The translations under genes were made by a program, and so were the position numbers. Positions 7,504 to 13,314 of a stretch of DNA of 18,322 bases are shown in pieces (position 1 is the stretch's first letter; each line of letters opens with the position of its first letter). Source of the DNA: a virus. A model generated the notes under the pieces. That model did not search any database and had not been told where the DNA came from. It worked only from the letters and a program-made list of their open reading frames with translations. The stretch lies in the UHGV virus genome UHGV-0162284. One strand, 5' to 3'.

Positions 7504-9182
7504 GCACAAAATTTTATACCCTGCTGACGGATATTGGCGCGGCGAAACTTGCCAGCGCCGCCGCGCTCGGTGTGCCGCTAAAAATTACCCATATGGCGGT
7601 GGGCGATGGCGGCGGAGTATTGCCAACGCCGGACGCAAAGCAGACGGCACTGGTAAATGAGAAACGCCGGGCTGCGCTGAATATGCTTTATATCGACCCG
7701 CAGAACAGCAGCCAGATTATTGCTGAACAGGTGATCCCTGAAAACGAGGGCGGTTGGTGGATACGTGAAGTGGGCCTGTTTGATGAGTCCGGGGCATTGA
7801 TTGCCGTGGGCAACTGCCCGGAAAGCTATAAGCCGCAACTGGCTGAAGGCAGCGGGCGCACCCAGACCGTGCGCATGGTGCTGATTACCAGCAGTACGGA
7901 CAATATCACCCTGAAAATCGACCCTGCCGTTGTGCTGGCAACCCGCAAGTATGTCGATGACAAGGCACTGGAGCTGAAGGTGTACGTGGATGACCAGATG
8001 GCAAAACATCTTGCCGCACTGGACCCGCATTCGCAGTATGCACCCAAAGAAAGTCCGACGTTTACCGGAACCCCCAAAGCGCCAACGCCAGCGGCGGGGA
8101 ATAATACCACGCAGCTTGCGACCACCGCATTTGTTCAGGCGGCACTGACGGCTCTTATTAATGGTGCGCCAGCCACGCTTGACACGCTAAAAGAAATAGC
8201 CGTAGCCATTAACAATGATCCGAAATTCAGTACCACCATTAACAATGCGCTGGCACTGAAAGCGCCGCTGTCGAGTCCGGCACTCACCGGAACGCCAACA
8301 GCCCCCACGGCGGCGCAGTCGGTCAACAATACACAGATTGCCACTACGGCTTTTGTGAAATCGGCGATTGCGGCAATGGTGGGTTCTGCACCTGCGGCAC
8401 TGGATACACTGAACGAACTAGCGGCGGCGCTGGGGAATGACCCGAACTTTGCCACGACAATGCTTAATGCACTGGCAGGTAAACAACCGCTGGACAATAC
8501 GCTGACTAATTTGAGTGGAAAGGATGTTGCTGGTCTTCTCGCATACCTTGGTTTGGGAGAAGGTTCATTTGGGTTCAGAAATCTGGTTGCCTTCACAACG
8601 GCTGGAGTAACAAACTGGACTGTTCCTGAAGAGTTGCGCAAAGGAAGAAAATGTTACGTCAAAGTTATTGGTGGCGGTGCGTCAGGAGGGATAGGTTCAA
8701 CAACCGCTTCAGCCGTTACATGTGGCGGAGGAGGTGGTGGGGGCGGAGTTGCTGAGGGGCTGGTAGATTTAACTGGTATAAACAGTGTTTCGATTACGGT
8801 TGGTGCCGGTGGTGCGCCTGTGTCTGGTATTTCTGTAAACGGTAAAAATGGTGGCTCGAGCAGTTTCGGGACTTACATGTCAGCTTCCGGAGGCTATAGC
8901 GGAGGCCAGCCTTCCGGAGGGTTAGGCGCAGTTGGTGTCGGGGGAACAATTAATACATCGCTTGGGCCAGGTTCTCCAGGTTCCATTGCTTCTGCCGCAT
9001 CGGGAGCTGGTAATGGTGGTTCTGGTGGTGGCCCCGGAGGAGCAGGTTCATTCAGAGATACAGCTAACGGAAAAGCGGTATCAGCAGTTGGGCCTGGAGG
9101 TGGCGGTGCTGGATTATGTCCTAATTCATCAACGGGTCAGTCGGGTGCCGGAGCAGATGGCGCAGTTTATATTTACTGGTGA
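7500..9182 (+). CDS. H: Tail fibre protein (P2 gpH family): conserved N-terminal shaft fused, in the present orientation, to a glycine-rich C-terminal tip
   Basis: 560 aa; N-terminus (MSTKFYTLLTDIGAAKLASAA...MAVGDGGG...ESYKPQLAEGSGR) and NDPNFATTMLNALAGKQP match P2 gpH; similarity ends at LGLGEGS, where the crossover site lies; the ~190-aa C-terminus is Gly/Ser-rich with a GGGGGGGG run. Confidence 0.9.
   Translation: MSTKFYTLLTDIGAAKLASAAALGVPLKITHMAVGDGGGVLPTPDAKQTALVNEKRRAALNMLYIDPQNSSQIIAEQVIPENEGGWWIREVGLFDESGALIAVGNCPESYKPQLAEGSGRTQTVRMVLITSSTDNITLKIDPAVVLATRKYVDDKALELKVYVDDQMAKHLAALDPHSQYAPKESPTFTGTPKAPTPAAGNNTTQLATTAFVQAALTALINGAPATLDTLKEIAVAINNDPKFSTTINNALALKAPLSSPALTGTPTAPTAAQSVNNTQIATTAFVKSAIAAMVGSAPAALDTLNELAAALGNDPNFATTMLNALAGKQPLDNTLTNLSGKDVAGLLAYLGLGEGSFGFRNLVAFTTAGVTNWTVPEELRKGRKCYVKVIGGGASGGIGSTTASAVTCGGGGGGGGVAEGLVDLTGINSVSITVGAGGAPVSGISVNGKNGGSSSFGTYMSASGGYSGGQPSGGLGAVGVGGTINTSLGPGSPGSIASAASGAGNGGSGGGPGGAGSFRDTANGKAVSAVGPGGGGAGLCPNSSTGQSGAGADGAVYIYW
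8536..8561 (+). repeat. Left recombination site of the invertible segment (gix/hix-like 26-bp imperfect palindrome)
   Basis: TTCTCGCATACC-TT-GGTTTGGGAGAA inside H (codes ...AYLGLGE); matches the reverse complement of 10336..10361 at 19 of 26 positions, with the same central TT. Confidence 0.65.
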
Positions 9183-9189
9183 GGTTCAT

Positions 9190-9360
9190 ATGTGGGCAAG
9201 AATTGAAGAAAATAAAGTAGAAGAGATAACGGAAATTAATCCTGAAGGAAGATTCCATCCATCATTAATATGGAAAGAATGCCCTGCTGACACACAGCAG
9301 GGGGATTTATATATTGATGGTGAGTTTATTGTGCAGTCTCCGGCAGTTCAGGCCAGATAA
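9190..9360 (+). CDS. Small hypothetical protein (57 aa) coupled to H; candidate minimal chaperone/accessory for the Gly-rich tip, or a remnant
   Basis: ATG 9190 lies 8 nt after the H stop behind GGTGAGG; clearly AT-richer than the flanks by eye; the track's 142-aa ORF 8932..9360 is an in-frame extension overlapping H and is not favoured. No family recognised by eye. Confidence 0.3.
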   Translation: MWARIEENKVEEITEINPEGRFHPSLIWKECPADTQQGDLYIDGEFIVQSPAVQAR

Positions 9361-9934
9361 CATCCGGCGCGGTGCTGGTATCTGTTGCCGTCACCGCGTC
9401 AATGTAATCCAGCACAGCGTTAAGTCTGGTTGTTTCTGCCTGCGTCAGTTTACGTCCGGCCTGCAATTTCAGTTGAATCAGACTGATGGAAGCCATTGCT
9501 GCATCAATCAGTGACTGGCGCTGTGCTTCTGCCGCTTCTACTGCGGCACCGTGTTGTGCCTCAGTATCTGTCACCCATTTTTCACCATCCCATTTATCGT
9601 GTGGCGTTAACGGGGCGATAGTGGTTGTATTTTCGGGATAGTCGCCTAGTGCTGTGATTTCTTTGGCATCTCCCGTTTCGGTGTTATAGACGATTTCACC
9701 GCGATGGTCTGACACATATTCCCATGATTTTAAATCCACAGAACGGCAAATTGTATAACCAGCCTTAGATGTAACAGGAGCGTCTAAACAGGAATATGCT
9801 GGAATACCGACACCCACTGCAAGATATTCAGTTGATGCAGAAATATATTCCCGCGTCTCACCATCATAGTTATAGACGGTAATATTCCCCGCCTTCGTGG
9901 CAATAAACTCGCTATTTAATACGGCGTTATCCAT
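9326..9934 (-). CDS. Tail fibre assembly chaperone (Tfa / Mu U / P2 gpG-like), paired with the alternative fibre tip
   Basis: 202 aa on the minus strand; C-terminal region (LIQLKLQAGRKLTQAE...RLNAVLDYIDAV...APDVIWPELP) is typical of Caudovirales tail-fibre assembly proteins; its start overlaps the stop of the upstream minus-strand cassette (TAATG). Confidence 0.78.
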   Translation of the reverse strand: MDNAVLNSEFIATKAGNITVYNYDGETREYISASTEYLAVGVGIPAYSCLDAPVTSKAGYTICRSVDLKSWEYVSDHRGEIVYNTETGDAKEITALGDYPENTTTIAPLTPHDKWDGEKWVTDTEAQHGAAVEAAEAQRQSLIDAAMASISLIQLKLQAGRKLTQAETTRLNAVLDYIDAVTATDTSTAPDVIWPELPETAQ

Positions 9935-10389
9935 TATGCAGCCCTCACGATAAAGTTAAATGCAATATTTCGTGGACGGGTTTCACTCCCGCCATATGAT
10001 GATGTAAATCCCGAATATGCCCGGTGTCCCGCATCCGTCGTATTAGCCCAGGAAGGACCGCTAGAAGTATAGATGACCCCATTGTAATCATGGCCGTGTG
10101 CCTCAATGCTCCCGTCCTGCGCAGACAGGAGAGTCCGTCCTGAATCAATTCCTCTTCCATCATCCCACCCACGAATGAATTCGCCGCGTAAATCTGGCAA
10201 TTTATTTGTCGGATAAACTTTTGCCAGTTCCGGATACTCTTCGGCAGAAAAAGCTGCACCGTTGCATTTCAGCCAGCCTGTTGGCGGTGTGACTGAAGGC
10301 CACGGAACAGGTACGCCAACAGGCAATGCTGAGCCTTCTCCTAAACCAACGTTTAAGAAAATGCAGATGTAACGGCTAACTGGCATCAT
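9934..10389 (-). CDS. Alternative tail-fibre C-terminal cassette (Sv'-like, tail-collar-type receptor-binding region); promoterless until inversion fuses it to H
   Basis: Minus-strand ORF carries GLGEGS at residues 15-20, the same junction peptide as H at the left site; downstream PVPWP...GWLKCNGAAFS..YPELAKVYP...LPDLRGEFIRGWDDGRG matches the phage tail-collar pattern. The first 14 codons of the track ORF are probably not translated in vivo. Confidence 0.72.
   Translation of the reverse strand: MMPVSRYICIFLNVGLGEGSALPVGVPVPWPSVTPPTGWLKCNGAAFSAEEYPELAKVYPTNKLPDLRGEFIRGWDDGRGIDSGRTLLSAQDGSIEAHGHDYNGVIYTSSGPSWANTTDAGHRAYSGFTSSYGGSETRPRNIAFNFIVRAA
10336..10361 (-). repeat. Right recombination site of the invertible segment (gix/hix-like)
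   Basis: Plus strand TTCTCCTAAACCAACGTTTAAGAAAA; its reverse complement TTTTCTTAAACG-TT-GGTTTAGGAGAA aligns with the left site; lies ~50 bp upstream of the invertase start. Confidence 0.65.
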
Positions 10390-10410
10390 CTCCGGTTTTT
10401 ATTCAGGGGG

Positions 10411-10983
10411 ATGATCATGCTTATTGGCTATGTACGCGTGTCAACAAATGACCAGAACACCGATTTGCAACGTAATGCACTGAACTGCGCGGGATGTGAG
10501 CGGATTTTTGAGGATAAAATCAGTGGCACTAAGTCCGACAGACCGGGGCTGAAAAAACTGCTCAGGACACTATCGGCAGGAGACACGCTGGTTGTCTGGA
10601 AGCTGGACAGGTTGGGGCGCAGTATGCGGCATCTTGTTACGCTGATAGAAGAGTTACGCCAGCGTGGCGTGAATTTCCGAAGCCTGACTGACAGTATTGA
10701 TACCAGCACCCCAATGGGCCGTTTCTTTTTTCATGTCATGGGGGCTCTGGCTGAAATGGAACGCGAACTGATAGTTGAACGTACCAGGGCGGGGCTGGCT
10801 GCAGCTCGTGTTAAAGGCAGAGTAGGTGGACGCCGTCCTAAGTTGACCAGCGAACAGTGGGCACAGATTGGGCGTTTACTCGAGGCTGGAGAATCAAGAC
10901 AGCGTATTGCACTGATTTTTGATGTAGGCGTTTCTACCATTTATAGAAAATTTCTGGCCAATAAGAGCATTGAATCCCCCTGA
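10411..10983 (+). CDS. Serine recombinase, DNA invertase (Hin/Gin/Cin/Pin family)
   Basis: 190 aa; N-terminal catalytic motif IGYVRVSTNDQ with the active-site Ser, then GDTLVVWKLDRLGRS, and a C-terminal HTH (QRIALIFDVGVSTIYRKF); length and layout are those of Hin/Gin. True start may be ATG 10417. Confidence 0.95.
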   Translation: MIMLIGYVRVSTNDQNTDLQRNALNCAGCERIFEDKISGTKSDRPGLKKLLRTLSAGDTLVVWKLDRLGRSMRHLVTLIEELRQRGVNFRSLTDSIDTSTPMGRFFFHVMGALAEMERELIVERTRAGLAAARVKGRVGGRRPKLTSEQWAQIGRLLEAGESRQRIALIFDVGVSTIYRKFLANKSIESP

Positions 10984-11031
10984 ATCAGCATTATTTTGAT
11001 TATCCCTGCAAGTAGACAAATACCGTCATTT

Positions 11032-11049
11032 TGTGTGAATAACGGTACA
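11032..11049 (+). promoter_or_regulatory. Candidate Ogr-dependent late-promoter element (TGT-N12-ACA) for the FI-FII-E-T-U-D operon
   Basis: TGT GTGAATAACGGT ACA in the 142-bp gap upstream of FI, centred ~85 bp before the FI ATG; equivalent position to P2 P_F. Confidence 0.45.
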
Positions 11050-11125
11050 ACTGCGCTTAGCTGTTTGTCAGGCACAATCACTTCAACATAGGGCGAAGCC
11101 TAATCCAATCAGGAGGTTCGCCACT

Positions 11126-12298
11126 ATGGCTCAGGATTACCACCACGGGGTGCGCGTTGTTGAAGTCAACGAAGGCACCCGATCCATTACCACGGTGAGC
11201 ACCGCCATCGTGGGTATGGTCTGCACGGGCGATGATGCCGATGCAAAAATGTTTCCTCTTAATAAACCCGTGCTGATCACTGATGTGCTGACTGCCAGCG
11301 GTAAAGCGGGTGAGTCCGGTACTCTGGCCCGTTCGCTGGATGCCATCGCTGACCAGGCAAAACCCGTGACCGTTGTTGTGCGTGTGCCGCAGGGTGAAAC
11401 GGAAGACGAAACCACGACCAATATCATCGGCGCTGTGACTGCTGAAGGTAAAAAAACAGGCATGAAAGCCCTGCTATCTGCCCAGTCACAGCTCGGCGTT
11501 AAACCGCGCATTCTCGGCGTGCCAGGTCACGATAACAAAGCCGTTGCGACTGAGTTGCTGAGCGTGGCGCAAAGCCTGCGTGGGTTTGCTTACCTGTCAG
11601 CGTATGGCTGCAAGACGGTACAGGAGGCGATCACTTACCGTGAAAACTTCAGCCAGCGCGAAGGAATGCTGATCTGGCCCGACTTTACTGGCTGGGACAC
11701 GGTGCTGAATGCCGAAGCAACGGCATATGCCACCGCCCGTGCGCTTGGTCTGCGCGCCAAAATTGATGAGCAGACTGGGTGGCACAAAAGCCTGTCCAAC
11801 GTGGGCGTGAACGGTGTCACCGGAATTTCTGCTGATGTGTTCTGGGATCTGCAGGACCCGGCAACAGATGCGGGACTGCTGAACCAGAACGACGTCACCA
11901 CGCTTGTGCGTAAAGACGGTTTCCGCTTCTGGGGTTCCCGCTGCCTGAGTGATGACCCGCTCTTTGCCTTCGAAAACTACACCCGCACGGCGCAGGTGCT
12001 GATGGACACGATGGCAGAAGCACACATGTGGGCGGTGGATAAACCGCTTAACCCGTCGCTGGCCCGCGACATTATCGAAGGTATCCGCGCCAAAATGCGC
12101 AACCTGGTCAGTCAGGGCTATCTCATTGGTGGTGATTGCTGGCTGGACGAGTCGGTGAACGACAAAGACACGCTTAAAGCCGGAAAACTCACCATCGACT
12201 ACGACTACACGCCAGTGCCGCCACTTGAAAATCTGATGCTGCGCCAGCGCATCACCGATCAGTACCTGGTGAATTTCGCCAGCCAGGTCAGCGCGTAA
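11126..12298 (+). CDS. FI: Contractile tail sheath protein (P2 gpFI family)
   Basis: 390 aa, strong AGGAGG RBS; N-terminus [21 protein letters not shown] and length typical of P2 FI sheath. Confidence 0.95.
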   Translation: MAQDYHHGVRVVEVNEGTRSITTVSTAIVGMVCTGDDADAKMFPLNKPVLITDVLTASGKAGESGTLARSLDAIADQAKPVTVVVRVPQGETEDETTTNIIGAVTAEGKKTGMKALLSAQSQLGVKPRILGVPGHDNKAVATELLSVAQSLRGFAYLSAYGCKTVQEAITYRENFSQREGMLIWPDFTGWDTVLNAEATAYATARALGLRAKIDEQTGWHKSLSNVGVNGVTGISADVFWDLQDPATDAGLLNQNDVTTLVRKDGFRFWGSRCLSDDPLFAFENYTRTAQVLMDTMAEAHMWAVDKPLNPSLARDIIEGIRAKMRNLVSQGYLIGGDCWLDESVNDKDTLKAGKLTIDYDYTPVPPLENLMLRQRITDQYLVNFASQVSA

Positions 12299-12307
12299 GG
12301 GGACAAC

Positions 12308-12823
12308 ATGGCTTTACCACGCAAATTAAAACATCTGAACTTGTTTAACGACGGGAACAACTGGCAGGGGATCGTTGAGTCGCTGACGCTGCCGAAATTC
12401 ACCCGCAAATATGAGAAGTATCGCGGCGGCGGTATGCCGGGGGCGGTGGATGTGGATCTGGGACTGGATGACAGTGCACTGGATACAGAATTTTCCATTG
12501 GTGGTACTGAACTGCTGCTGTTTAAGCAGATGGGCAAATCCACGGTGGATGGCATCCAGTTGCGCTTTACCGGCTCTATCCAGCGTGACGATACCGGAGA
12601 AGTGCAGGCCGTGGAGCTTGTGGTGCGTGGACGTCACAAAGAAGTGGATTCCGGCGAGTGGAAGACGGGCGAAAGCAACACCACCAAAGTGACCAGTACC
12701 AACAGCTACGCGAAGCTGACCATCAATGGTGAGGTGCTCTATGAAGTGGACCTTATCAACATGGTGGAAATTGTGGACGGTGTGGACCTGATGGAAGCGC
12801 ACCGCAACGCCCTCGGCCTCTGA
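12308..12823 (+). CDS. FII: Tail tube protein (P2 gpFII family)
   Basis: 171 aa immediately after FI; MALPRKLKHLNLFNDGNNWQG... is the FII-type tube N-terminus. Confidence 0.93.
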   Translation: MALPRKLKHLNLFNDGNNWQGIVESLTLPKFTRKYEKYRGGGMPGAVDVDLGLDDSALDTEFSIGGTELLLFKQMGKSTVDGIQLRFTGSIQRDDTGEVQAVELVVRGRHKEVDSGEWKTGESNTTKVTSTNSYAKLTINGEVLYEVDLINMVEIVDGVDLMEAHRNALGL

Positions 12824-12877
12824 TATATCTGAACGGCGCGGGATACCGCGCCAGAACCCAATTTACAGGACAGCAAA

Positions 12878-13180
12878 ATGAGCGATAAACAGACTGAAAA
12901 GACCATTCAACTGGATACCCCCATCATGCGCGGTAAAACAGAAATTACCGAAATTGTGTTGCGTAAACCGCAGTCTGGTGCGCTGCGCGGCACACGCCTG
13001 CAGGCCATTATGGATATGGATGTGAACGCGATGATGACCGTGATCCCCCGCATCTCCAGTCCGGCACTGACTGCACAGGAAATCGCAGAGATGGACCCGG
13101 CAGATCTCACAGCCATGTCGGTTGAGGTTGTCACTTTTTTGTTGAAGAAGTCGGTGCTTGCCGGTTTACCGACAGCCTGA
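12878..13180 (+). CDS. E: Tail assembly chaperone gpE (zero-frame product)
   Basis: 100-aa ORF between FII and T; contains the slippery heptamer T-TTT-TTG (13135..13141) in zero frame close to its 3' end, as in P2 E. Confidence 0.85.
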   Translation: MSDKQTEKTIQLDTPIMRGKTEITEIVLRKPQSGALRGTRLQAIMDMDVNAMMTVIPRISSPALTAQEIAEMDPADLTAMSVEVVTFLLKKSVLAGLPTA

Positions 13181-13314
13181 CGGTTGACGATCTGGTGGCA
13201 GATATCGCCACCATTTTTCACTGGCCGCCATCCGTTACTGACGTTATGCCGCTGACCGAAGTGCTGGAATGGCGGTATAAAGCGATTCAGAGATGCGGGG
13301 CCAACGATGAGTGA
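12878..13314 (+). CDS. E': gpE+E' tail assembly chaperone, predicted -1 programmed frameshift product (shift at 13135..13141)
   Basis: After a -1 slip on T-TTT-TTG the -1 frame stays open for 57 more codons (VEEVGACRFTDSLTVDDLVADIATIFHWPP...) and stops at TGA 13312..13314, overlapping the T start (ATG 13307). Mirrors the P2 E/E' and lambda G/GT arrangement. Confidence 0.6.

Larger units (their letters stand above)
8549..10349. other. Invertible tail-fibre host-range segment (analogous to Mu G, P1 C and e14 P segments)
   Basis: Bounded by inverted 26-bp sites; holds the C-terminal part of H plus ORF 9190..9360 on +, and an alternative fibre tip plus Tfa on -; the invertase gene abuts the right end. 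Confidence 0.65.

Noticed and set aside
8660-9182. Glycine-rich H C-terminus as a collagen-like triple-helix domain or a microcin-like toxin module
   Set aside because: No regular G-X-Y triplet periodicity is visible (glycines occur in runs and irregular spacing), and there is no double-glycine leader or recognisable immunity/export genes; kept only as a low-probability alternative under the Gly-rich tip finding.
8932-9360. 142-aa plus-strand ORF overlapping the 3' end of H
   Set aside because: Its first 86 codons are an alternative frame of the H coding sequence; only the part from ATG 9190, which follows the H stop and has an RBS, is plausible, and that is reported separately as the 57-aa ORF.
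10983-11126. Possible defence-system or cargo island between the tail-fibre locus and FI (a variable hotspot in P2-like phages)
   Set aside because: The gap is only ~140 bp and holds just the candidate late-promoter dyad; the slot is occupied by the invertase module, with no additional ORFs.
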